This document shows positions 1 to 12,469 of a stretch of DNA of 64,000 nucleotides, in pieces (the first letter of the stretch is position 1; each line of letters starts with the position of its first letter). The DNA lies in assembly GCF_009914755.1 (NCBI RefSeq), contig NC_060938.1; one strand, given 5' to 3'. A program made the translations under genes and the position numbers. A model generated the notes under the pieces. That model was given only the letters and a program-made list of their open reading frames with translations, was not told the DNA's origin and ran no database searches. Source of the DNA: the human T2T-CHM13v2.0 reference genome, Homo sapiens.

Positions 1-386
1 AGTACACCATGAGCAAGTTTATTCAAGGAATGTAAGAGGGGTTTAACATTAGTAAACCTATAAATATCATTTGCCATGTAAATATAATAAAGAAAAAACC
101 GTATTCTTCATCATGGTACATGCAGAAAAAGAATTCGATAAAATTCTGCACTCATTCATGATGATAACTCTCAGCTCATTAGGAAGAGAAGGAGATTCTC
201 TTAAAAAAAGGGTATTTGCCAAAAACCTGCAAGAGCTATCAGCCTAAATACGGAAATGTTGAAAGCATTCTCTTTAACATTGAGAACAAGTAAGGATGCC
301 CATTAACATTCCTTCTGTCCAGTGTTTTACTGGAGATCAGAACCAACATAGTAAGATAAGAAAAAGAAATTATAAGCATAAGGATC

Positions 387-418
387 ATCCCTTCTTAGCC
401 TTTTGGCTAAGATCAAGT
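387..418 (+). pseudogene. 3'-truncated U2 snRNA retropseudogene (U2 nt 1-32)
   Basis: atcccttcttagccttttggctaagatcaagt versus U2 5' end ATCGCTTCTCGGCCTTTTGGCTAAGATCAAGT (3 mismatches). Flanked by a perfect 16-bp direct repeat, tataagcataaggatc (371-386, 418-433). Confidence 0.88.
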
Positions 419-1560
419 ATAAGCATAAGGATCAAAAAAGAGGAAACAAAATTGTGTAATTGCAGATAATATATTGTCTACATAGAAAACAAAGTAATTA
501 CAGATACATTTTAGAAATAGTTATTTTAGCATAAGATCAATATTTAAAAATTAATTGCTTTCAAAATTACTTGCCAGAAGTGACAGAAAACAATTTTTTG
601 ATTGTAGCAAAATATAAATAACATAAAATTTAACATTGAACTATTTTAAATTCAGTGGCATTCAGTACAGTCACACTTTTGCAGCCATCACCACCAATAA
701 AAATGTTTTTAAAAATATCACTAATAATAGCATAAAAACTGTGTTACCTAGGAATACATTTAGAAAGGAAAGGAAGTTTTATAAGACTACATTGAAAGAC
801 ACAGATATTAGACATTAACAAAAATTTAAATAAATGGATAAATATACCACGTACATGCATAGGAAGACTCAATATCATCAAAGTTTCCATTTTCATCACA
901 TTGATCTCTGTATTCAATACGGTTCCAATCAAAATCTCAACAAGTGTGTCATTGGATTTTTTAAGCCTATTCTAAAATGATAATAGAAAGGCAAAGAGCC
1001 AAGAATAGTGAGAACCTACTGAAGAAGAAAAATAAGGTGGAGGAGCACCTTATTAATATAAAGGTCTGATACTTAAGACAGTGTGGTATTGGCAAATGTG
1101 TAGACAGATTGACCAGTGGAACAGAATAGAAAGTTAGAAACAGTCACACAAGAAGATGGAAATTTCATGTATGACAGAGATGGCATTGTAGATCAGAAGA
1201 AAGGGAGAGATGTCTCAATAAATGCTTCTGGGGTAATTGTTATCCCCACAGAGAAAGATGAAATTAGATCCCTGCCTCACACCATGTATAAAATCAATTT
1301 CAGTTGTAAAACTTCCATACTGAAATAAAATAATAAAATAAAGGAGACCATCATTAAGAACTTGTGGTATGGAGCAAAAGTAAAAACAAAAACACAAATC
1401 GTGTAAGTCAATAAGAAAAAGATAGCCCAATAGAAAAATGATACCAGAAAAGAGGTAGCATGTTCAACATCATCATTAATCAGGTACATGAAGACTACAA
1501 TGGGAAGAATTAAGACACTTGACAATACTAAGTGTTGAAGAGGCTATGGATCAACAGGAA

Positions 1561-1869
1561 TTTTCTTTCTTTTTTTCTTTTTTTTTTTTAATTTGAGACA
1601 GGGTCTCACTCTGTCACCCAGGCTGGAGTTTAGTGGTGCAATCATGGCTCACTGCAGCCTTGACCTCCCAGGGCTTAAGCAATCCTCACACCTCAGCCTC
1701 CTGAGTAACTGGGACTACAGGCCCATGTCCCCACACCCAGCTAAGTTTTTGTAGAGAAGAGATCTCACTTTGTTGCCTAATCTGGTCTCGAACTTCTGTG
1801 CTAAAGTGGCCCTCCTGCCTCAGCCTCCCAAAGTGCTGGGATTACAGGTGTGAGCCACCATTCCCGGCC
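1561..1869 (-). mobile_element. AluJ
   Basis: PolyT, then gagacagggtctc...cccggcc; caggaa(t/c)tttt target-site duplication (TSD). Confidence 0.9.
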
Positions 1870-1919
1870 CAGGAACTTTTTTATTTTGTTTGTTGGAGTG
1901 TAAAAAAATACCATTTTGG

Positions 1920-2242
<323 letters not shown>

Positions 2243-3009
2243 TTACTACATAAACTTGAAAATTTACATACTTTGTGACCCAACAATTCCACTCCTGGGC
2301 ATATACAAGAGGAGCTTTTCTATACGTGTGCCAGCAGATGTATGCAAGGGTGTTTATGGCTGCGTTGTTTATAATGGCAATATGCTTGAAATAACCACAA
2401 TACCCATTGATAGGGGAATAGAAATATAAGTTGTGGTGTATTTATAAAATGGAATGCCAGACAGCAAGGAAAATGAATGACTTTCAGCTGTATTTATCTA
2501 GGATTAATCTTGGAAGAGTAGAGTTGAATAACAGAGCAAGTCCCAGGAAATATCTATATTAGGATACCATTTTTGTAGATCTCAAAAACGAGCAAAATTA
2601 TCTGGTATTTTGTTTGTATATGCATATACACACAAATATATTTGATAAAACTTTTTTTTTTAAAAGAATGTTTGATAAGGGGAGATTAGGAATGGGGAGG
2701 AACAACCACATAGGTTAGTACATATTGTTGATAATGTAATTCCTGGGTTGGGTAGTGAGTTCACAGGTGTTCATTACAGTATGCATATAACTACATATAC
2801 AGCTATTATAAATATTTTGTATGTACTAAATAATATAGTAAACGTGAAAAAGTTACAGATTCAGAAAATCAGTTGTATATGCAGAATGATCATTGTTATA
2901 TTAGCATTAATTTTAAAAAGACAGGAAATAGGTTATATTATTTCTACTTTTCTGAGTTTAAAGATTTTTTTTGAAGAGATGTGACTTTTACAATCAGGAA
3001 AAATGTGAA

Positions 3010-3245
<236 letters not shown>

Positions 3246-3308
3246 TGATATTACAGTTGAAAGAAGAAAATTTAAATCTGAAAGGGAAATCAGTCATTTG
3301 AAAATATA

Positions 3309-3524
3309 CACACACTGGGGCCTATCATGGGGTGGGGGGAGGGGGGAGGGATAGCATTAGGAGATATACCTAATGTAAATGACGAGTTAATGGGTGCAGC
3401 ACACCAACATGGCACATGTATACATATGTAACAAACCTGCACGTTGTGCACATGTACCCTAGAACTTAAAGTATAATAATAATAAAAAAGAAAACATGTT
3501 TTGACTAAAAATATAAAAAAAAAA
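3309..3524 (+). mobile_element. 5'-truncated young L1PA 3' end with an extra tail segment
   Basis: G-rich tract, gatagcattaggagatatacctaatgt...ccctagaacttaaagtataat; TSD gaaaatata (3300-3308, 3525-3533). Confidence 0.9.
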
Positions 3525-3997
3525 GAAAATATAAGATTATTGTTATTTTTCTGAGTATACTCGATTTTGTTTTTATCCCTGTTTCCCTTTTGAGCTTTCT
3601 AAGTATTATGGATGATTTGACAGTGGATGCCACAGACTGTTGACAAGTACAGTTACATAACAAGAAAAACAAGAATTATAATGAGTTTCAAATATGTATT
3701 TTTTATTCAGTAAGATTAGCAAATTATAGGATTGGTATTCCCCACTACATATAATGAAAATTCTTCTTTGTGAAGCTTTCATTATAAGCAAAAACATATT
3801 AATAAATAATGCATGTGGCAGTTTGGTAATAGGAAGAGTTTCTAGGTTATGGTAACCATTTATTTTTGTGATCATTTGAAGATAGTTTATTTCTCCTATA
3901 TTATTAAAGATCCTTAGGGTTCAGTAAAGTATCTGTTGACCTGAGATTTCTGTCATTATCCTAATTTTTTTCAGGCCTTTTTTTCCTAAATGAGTGA

Positions 3998-4312
<315 letters not shown>

Positions 4313-5920
4313 TGAATGAGTATTATTAATAGTTGGTTTCAAGCTAAATTATCAAGTTTTTCCTCTTCAAATTTAAAGAAAATAACTTTCTGTTACAGGC
4401 ATTGTGAAGTAAGTCTGCTACTGGATATGATGTACCTATTTCATGGATAAACAGACTTGAATGTTCATCTGTAAATATAATTTTAAAGGATCTTTAAAAA
4501 TAAGTTCTTTTCTTTGGTAAAATTTTCCAGTGAGTTCTAGTCTTATAAATCTTTTTACCAGAATTTTATAACATTACCCTTTAAAAAAATTTTTTTCTAT
4601 ACTGCCTCTTATTTCATGATCTCAGGATGTTTTATGGGTAACTGATTAATTTCATATTTCATTATACCCTTATCCAATATAATATCATTCTCCCCATTTT
4701 ACAGATGGGGGAACCTGAGGCTGAAATAAGTGATGTGATCAAGGTCATTCAACAAGCTGGGTGGATAGAAATAAATAACAGGATATTGTCCTTATGCTAT
4801 ATAGATATTAACAATCTTGCAACACAGTGAAGGTAGATGACACTTTCAAGAGCTTTGTGAATTCTCTTTGTCCTTCTTGCTGGTTATCCCTATGGTGTTT
4901 AATTGAAGGAAAAGCCATATCTCTTATTCCTTAATGTTAAATGGCATCAAAGTCCTCCAAAGGAATTATCATAATTTAACTCCACAGTTATATTTTGCTA
5001 TGTTGCTGATGTGCCAAATTCCTTAATTGGTAGTAACTCTGTAGTGATAATCAAGTCTCGAAAAAAGTGAAGCTGAAAATTACTTTAAGTACATGCTAAA
5101 AGTAGGCAACACACTGCTCCCTGGTGGTACCCTACTTATCTGTATAAAATTTAGGACCAAAACTAAAGCTAAGCCTCTCATGGAATTAGTTTTACTTCAG
5201 CCTCATCCCAGCGTGTGAAGCAGTAATTATTTTCTTTCTCAAATCCTTAGTTGTTTGAAGGGAGTAAATAAGAAGGCCTAATGTGAAATAGGAAGCAAAG
5301 AATATTATAAGAACAATGTTGATTCTTGGAGGGAGTTGGGTAGTTAGATTTTAGTGATAGAATTATGGGAAGAGGGAATAGGATACTAAGATATGATGGG
5401 AAGGAATTTTCAAATTAAATAAGTGGCTATGAGACGGGAAAGGCCAGTGCTCTGCTACACTTTTATCATTGGGTCACTAACTAGATTATATGTTTCCGGT
5501 TTATAAATGGGCAGCTAGAAGCACCAAGACATTGAGATTTTGTGATTGTAGTAAAAAAAAAAAAAAAATACCCAAAATAGCCAATATTAGTGCTTACCTA
5601 TCTAGCTCCTATCGTTCACTAGACTGCAAAGCCTACAAAGTGAAAAGATCCTAATCCTGTAGGAATCCAAGGTGACTGTATCCTGATTGGGAAGTCATCC
5701 CCCTTCAGTTCATTTTTTTCGTCTATAAAGAACTTCAGTGCCAGCGAATTAAAAGTCCATTAGACTATGGTTTGTAGGGATCTGAACTTGCCATTAGATG
5801 TCAGTGTTAACTTTTAGAGTCTTGGTAATAGGGTGGTCAGTACTGAGGGAGGTGCTGTAGGATGTAATAAGCAGGATGGAGTAGTGGAGAAAGAGCTAGA
5901 TTAGCCATCCAGAGACTTGC

Positions 5921-6300
5921 CACTGACTCCTGTGTGATCTTGAGCAGTTCACTCCATTGTTATTCTGACACTGACTCCTGTATGATCTTTGGCAGTTCAT
6001 GCCACTGTTCTGTCACTGATTAGCTATGTGATCTTGGACAGTTCACTCTACTCTTCTGACACTGACTAGCTGTGTGATCTTGGGCAGTTCACCCCACTGT
6101 TCTCCTGCCACTGACTCCTGTGTGATATTGGGCAGTTAATTCCATTGTTCTGACACTGACTAGCTGTGTGATCTTGGACAGTTCATTCTACTCTTCTGAC
6201 ACTGACTAGCTGTGTGATCTTGGACAGTTCACTCTACTGTTCTCCTGCCACTGACTAGCTGTGTGATCTTGAGCAGTTCACTCAACTTCTCTTAACCTCA
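5921..6300 (+). repeat. MIR-derived minisatellite, 8 units of 45-49 bp
   Basis: Units cactgact(cc/ag)...tgtgatcttg..cagttca start at 5921, 5969, 6014, 6060, 6109, 6154, 6200 and 6249. Confidence 0.9.
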
Positions 6301-6531
6301 GGGTCTTCACTGATTGATGAGGAAAATACAACAGGGTCATGAGGATATTATGCAAAACCTCTAAATGCAATATATGTGGAAAATATTGTTATTTCAGCCA
6401 TAAAAGGCTTTCAATAGTAAATGGCTTCTAATTTGGTTAGAAACAAGTTTTTAGATAAAGTGTACTTTTTAGTAGTTTTTCAAAAATTATTGTGGGTACA
6501 TAGGTGTATATATTTATGGGGTACATACGAT

Positions 6532-9500
6532 TTTTTTTATTTCAGTAGGTTTTTGGGGGAACAGGTGGTGTTTGGTTACATGGATAAGCTCTCTAGTGGT
6601 GATTTCCAAGATTTTGGTGCACCTATCACCCAAGTAGTGTACACTGTACCCAATGTGCAGTCTTTTATTCTTCACCCTCCTTCCACCCTTCCCCCCAAGT
6701 CCCCAAAGTCCATTATATAATCCTTGTACCTTTGTGTCCTCATAGCTTAGCTCCTACTTATAAGTGAGAACATATGATGTCTGGTTTTCCATTCCTGAGT
6801 TACTTCACTTAGAATAATGGTCTCCAGCTCCCTCCAGGTTGCTGCGAATACCATTATTTTGTTCCTTTTTATGGATGAGTAGTAGTCCATGGTGTATATA
6901 TATACACACCACATTTTCTTTATCTACTCATTGATTGATAGACATTTGGGCTGGTTCCATATTTTTGCAATTGCAAATTGTGTTGCTATAAATATGCATG
7001 TGCAAGTATCTTTTTCATATAATGACTTCTTTTCCTCTGGGTAGATACCCAGTAGTGGGATTACTGGATCAAATGGTAGATCTACTTTTAGTTCTTTAAG
7101 GAATCTCCATAGTGTTTTCCATAATGGTTGTACTAGTTTACATTCCCACCAACAGTGTAAAAGTGTTCCCTTTTCACCTCTTCCATGCCAACATCTATTA
7201 TTTTTTGACTTTTTAATTATAGCCATTCTTGCAGGAGTAAGGTAGTATTGCATTGTGGTTTTGATTTGCATTTCCCTGATAATAAGTGATGTTGAGCATT
7301 TTCTCATATGTTTGTTGGATATTTGTATATCTTCTTTTGAGAATTGTCTATTCATGTCCTTAGCCTTTTTGATGGAATTATTTTTTTCTTGCTGATTTGT
7401 TTGAGTTCCTTGTAGATTCTGGCTATTAGTCCTTTGTTGGATGCATAGTTTGTGAAGATTTTCTCCCACTGTGTGGGTTGTCTGTTTCCTTGCTGATTAT
7501 TTCTTTTGCCTGCAGAAGCTTTTTAGTTTAATTAAATTCTATCTATTTATCTTTGTTTTTGTTGCATTTGCTTTTGGGGTCTTGGCCATGAAGTCTTTGC
7601 CTAAGCCAGTGTCTAGAAGGGTTTTTCTGATGTTATCTTCTAGAATTTTTATGGTTTCAGGTCTTAGATTTAAGTCTTTCATCTATCTTGAGTTGATTTT
7701 TGTGTAAGGTGAGAGATGAGGATCCAGTTTCATTCTTCTACATGTGGCTTGCCAGTTATGCTAGCACCATTTGTTGAATAGGGTGTCCTTTCCCCAGGTT
7801 ATGTTTTTTGTTTGCTTTGTCAAAGATCAGTTGGCTGTTAAGTATTTGACTTTATTTCTGGGTTTTCTATTCTGTTCTATTGGTCTATGTGCCTATTTTT
7901 ATACCAGTACCATGCTGTTTTGGTAACTATATCCTTTTAGTATAGTTTGAATTTGGGTAATGTGATGCCTCTAGATTTGTTCTTTTTGCTTAGTTGTGTT
8001 TTGGCTATGCAGGCTCTTTTTTGGTTCCATATGAATTTCAGGATTGTTTTTTCTAGTTCTGTGAAGAATGATGATGGTATTAAATTGCACTGAATTTGTA
8101 GATTGCTTTTGGCAGTGTGGTCATTTTCACAATATTGATTCTACCCATCCATGAGCATGGGATGTGTTTCCATTTGTTTGTGTCATCTGTGATTCCTTTC
8201 AGCAGTGTTTTGTAGTTTTCCTTGTAGAGGTCTTTCACGTCCTTGGTTAGGTATATCCGTAAGTATTTTATTTTATTTTTTGCAGCTGTTGTAAAAGGGG
8301 TTAAATTCTTGATGTGATTCTCAGCTTGGCGGCAGTTGGTGTATAGCAGTGCTACTGATTTGTGTACATTGATTTTGTATCCTGAAACTTTACTGAATTT
8401 ATTTATTAGATCTAGGAGCTTTTTGGGTGAACCTTTATGGTTTTCTAGGTATATGATCATATTGGCAAACAGCAACAGTTTGACTTCCTCTTTAATGATT
8501 TGAATGCCCTTATTTCTCTTGTCTGATTGCTTTGGCTAGGACTTCCAGAACTATGTTGAATAGAAGTGGTGAAATGGGCATTCTTGTCTTGTTCCAGTTT
8601 TCAAGGGGAATATATTCAACTTTTCTACTTTTGGTATAATGTTGGTTGTGGGTTTGTCATAGATGGCTTTTATTACCTTAAGGTATGTCCATTTTATGCC
8701 AATTTTGTTGAGGGTTTTAATCATGAAGAGATGCTGGATTTTGTCAGATGCTTTTTCTGTGTCTGTTGAGATTACCATGTGATTTTTGTCTTTGATTCTG
8801 TTTATGTGGTATATCACATTTATTGACTTGCGTATGTTAAACCATGCCCGCATCCCTGGTATGAAACTCACTTGATGAAGGTGGATTATCTTTTTGATAT
8901 GCTGTTGGATTAGGTTAGTGGCAGAAACTGCAATTACTTGTGTAACAACCTAGAATTTTGTTGGGGATTTTTGCATCTGTATTCATCAGAGATATTGGTC
9001 TGTAGTTTTCTTTTTTTGTTAATGTCCTTTCCTGGGTTTGGTATTAGGGTGTTACTGGCTTTATAGAATTATTTAGGGAGGATTCTCTTTTTCTCTGTCT
9101 TTTGGAATAGTTTCAATAAGATTCGTCTAATTCTTCTTGAATGCCTGATGGAATTCAGCTGTGAATCCATCTGGTCCTGGACTTCTTTTTATTGGCAATT
9201 TTTAAATTGCCATTTCAATATTGCTGCTTGCTGTTATCTGTTCAGAGTTTTTATTTATTCCTGGTTTAATCTAGAAGGGTTGTATATTTCCAGGAATTTA
9301 TCCGTCTCCTCTAGGTTTTCTAGTTTGTGCACGTAAAGGTGTTCATAGTAGCCTTGAGTTATCTTTTGTATTTCTGTGGTGTTGGTTGTACTATCTCTTG
9401 CTTCCCTTCTAATTGAGTTTATTTGGATCTTCTCTCTTCTTTTCTTCTTCTCTTCTAATCTTGCTAGTGGTCTGTCAATTTTGTTTATTTATTTTTTTTT

Positions 9501-12469
9501 CAAAGAACCAGATTTTTGTTTCATTTATCTTTTGTATTGGGTTTTTTTGTTTGTATCAATTTTATTTAGTTATGCTCTGATCTTTGTTATTTCTTTTCTT
9601 CTGCTGGATTTCAGTTTGGTTTGTTCTTGTTTCTCTAGTTCTCTGAGATGTGACCTTAGATTGTCTATTTGAGCTCTTTCAGGCTTTTTGATGTAGGCAT
9701 TTAAAGCTATGAACTTTCGTCTTAGCACCGCTTTTGCTGTATCCCAGAGATTTTGATAGGTTGTGTCACTGTTATCATTCAGCTCAAGGAATTTTTACAT
9801 TTCCATATTGATTTCATTGTTGACCCAATGACCATTCAGGAGCAGACTATTTAATTTCCATGTACTTGCATGGTGTTGAGGGTTCCTTTTGGAGTTGATT
9901 TCCAGTTTTATTACATTGTGGTCTGAGAGAATACTTGATATAATTTTGATTTTCTTAAGTTTGTTGAGACTCGTTTTGTGGCCTATCTTGTGGTCTATCT
10001 TGGAGAATATTTCATGTGCTGATGAATAGAATGTGTATTCTGCAGTTGCTGGGTAGAATGTTCTGTAAATATCCGTTAACTCCATTTGTTCTAGGGTATG
10101 GTTTATGTCTGTTGTCTCTTTGTTGACTTTCTGTGTTGATGACCTGCCTAGTGCTGTCAGTGGAGTATTGAAGTTTCCCACTATTATTGTGTTGTTGTCT
10201 ATCTCATTTCTTAGGTCTAGTAGTAATTGTTTTATGAATTTGGGAGCTCCAGTGTTAGGCGCATATGTATTTAGGATTGTGATATTTTCCTATTGGACTA
10301 GTCCTTTTATCATTACGTAATGTCCCTCTTTGTCTCTTTAAACTGTTATTGCTTTGAATCTTTAAAGTTTGCTTTGTCTGATGTAAGAATAGCTACTTCT
10401 GCTCACTTCCGTTATCCATTTGCATGGAATATCTTTTTTCACTCCCTTACCTTAAGTTTATGTGAGTTTATGTGTTAGATGAGTTTCCTGAACTTATATG
10501 TTAGTTGAGTTTCTTGAAGACAGCAGATTTTGTATCTTTTAAGGGGAACATTTAGGCCATTTACATTCAACATTATTATTGAGATGTGAGGCACTATTCT
10601 GTTCATCATGCTAGTTGTTGCCTGAATACCTGGTGATTTTTGCATTGTGTTATTGTTTTATAGGCCCTGTAGGATTTGTGCTTTATGGAGGTTCTATTTT
10701 GGTGTATTTCGAGGTTTTGTCTCAAGATTTAGAACTTTCTTTAGCAGTTTGTGTAGTGCTGGCTTGGTAGTGGCTAATTCTCTCAGCATTTGTTTGTCTG
10801 AAAAAGACTATCTTTCCTTCATTTATGAAGCTTCGTTTCACTGGATACAAGATTGTTGGCTGATAATTGTTTTGTTTAAGGAGGCTAAACATAGGACCCC
10901 ACTCCCTTCTAGCTTTTAGGGTTTCTGCTGAGAAATCTGGTGTTAATCTAATAGGTTTTCCTTTATAGGTTACCTCATGCTTTTGCCTATAGCTCTTAAG
11001 AGTCTTTCCTTTGTCTTGACTTTAGATAACCTGATGACTATGTGTCTAAGTGATTATCTTTTTGCGATGAATTTCCCAGGTGTTCTTTGAGCTTCTCCTG
11101 TTTGGATGTCTCGATCTTTGGCAAGGCCAGGGAAGTTCTCCTCGATTATTCCCCCAAATAAGTTTTCCAAACTTTTAGATTTCTCTTCTTCCTCGGGAAC
11201 ACCAGTTATTCTTAGGTTTGGTCGTTTAACATAATCCCAAACTTCTTGGAGGCTTTGTTCATTTTTGGGGATGCCTTTTTCTTTGTCTTTGTTGGATTGG
11301 GTTAATCAAAAGCCTTGTCTTCGAGCTCTGAAGTTCTTTCTTCTACTTTTTTGATTCTATTGTTGAAACTTTCCAGTGTATTTTGCATCTCTTTAAGTGT
11401 GTCTTTTATTTCCAGGAGTTATGATTGTTTTTTATCGATGCTCTCTATTTCCCTGGAGATTTTTTGGTCCATGTCCTGTATTATTATTATTTTTTTAGTT
11501 TCTTTAAATTGGTTTCCACCTTTCCCTGGTGCCTCCTTAAATAGGTAAATAATCGACCTTTTGAGTTCTTTTTCTGGCAACTTAGAAATTTCTTCTTTGG
11601 ATCCGTTGCTAGTGAGCTAGTGTGATCTTTTGGGAGTGTTAAAGAACCTTGCCTTGTCATATTACCAGAATTGTTTTTCCGGTTCCTTCTCATCTGGGTA
11701 GTCTGTATCAGAGGGTCTGGGTTGAAGGGCTGCTGTTCAGATTCTTTTGTCCCACTGGTTGGTTCCTTGATGTGGTGTTCTCTTCTTCCCCTAGTAGGGA
11801 TGGGGCTTCCTGAGAGCCAAACTGCAGTGATTGTTACTGCCCTTCTGGGTCTAGCCCCCCAGCAGAGCTGCTGGGCTCTGGGCTGGTACTGGCAAGTTTC
11901 TGTGAAGAGTCCTGTGATGTGATCCATCTTCAGGTCTCTCAGCCATGGATACCAGCACCTGATCTGGTGGAGGTAGCAGGGGAGTGAGCTCTGTGGACTC
12001 TGTGAGGGTCCTTTGTTGTAGTTTTGTTCAGTGAGCTGGTTTTCTTGAGCGCTGGTTGTGCTAGTGGTTTTTTGACCTCCAGCCAGGAGGTGGCGCTTTC
12101 AAGAGAGCATCAGCTGATACAAGCTTGCCCTAAGGTCGCCTTGGTTAAGTATTTGAGTGTCTCAGGTGGTGGGCGGGGCCACAGAGCTCCCAAGATATTA
12201 CGTCTTTTTTCTTCAGCTACCAGGACAGGTAGAGAAAGACCATCAGGTTGGGGCAGAGTTAGGCATGCCCAAGCTCAGAGACTCTCCTTGGACAGGGCTT
12301 GCTGCTTTTGCTGTGGGGGATGGGGGTGTGGTTCTCAGGCCCATGGAGTTACGTTCCCAGAGGGATTATGGCTGCCCCTGCTGCATCATACAGGTCACCA
12401 GGGAAGTAGGGGAAAGCCAGCAGTGGCAGACCTCACCCATTTCCCACGCAGCCAACAAGGCCAATCTCC
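6532..12469 (-). mobile_element. Near full-length L1PB (L1PB1-like), antisense to TTLL5, ORFs disrupted
   Basis: ORF fragments match ORF2p endonuclease (9795-10181, GNFNTPL), RT region (8080-8871) and C-terminus (6924-7469, [13 protein letters not shown]). ORF1 and 5'UTR lie toward 11000-12469. TSD tggggt(a/g)cata(c/a)gat at 6517-6531 and 12470-12484. Confidence 0.92.
8919..8952. mobile_element. Solo Hsmar1/MADE1-like terminal inverted repeat (TIR) inside the L1PB
   Basis: tggcagaaactgcaattacttgtgtaacaaccta resembles the MADE1 arm TGGCAAAAACCGCAATTACTTTTGCACCAACCTA. Confidence 0.65.

Noticed and set aside
5921-6300. Repeat-spacer look resembling a CRISPR array
   Set aside because: The context is eukaryotic, the variable parts are related to each other rather than unique, and the unit derives from MIR.
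6924-10181. Several 100-180 aa ORFs with RT/endonuclease similarity
   Set aside because: These are frameshifted pieces of one dead L1 ORF2, not an active element or a new gene.
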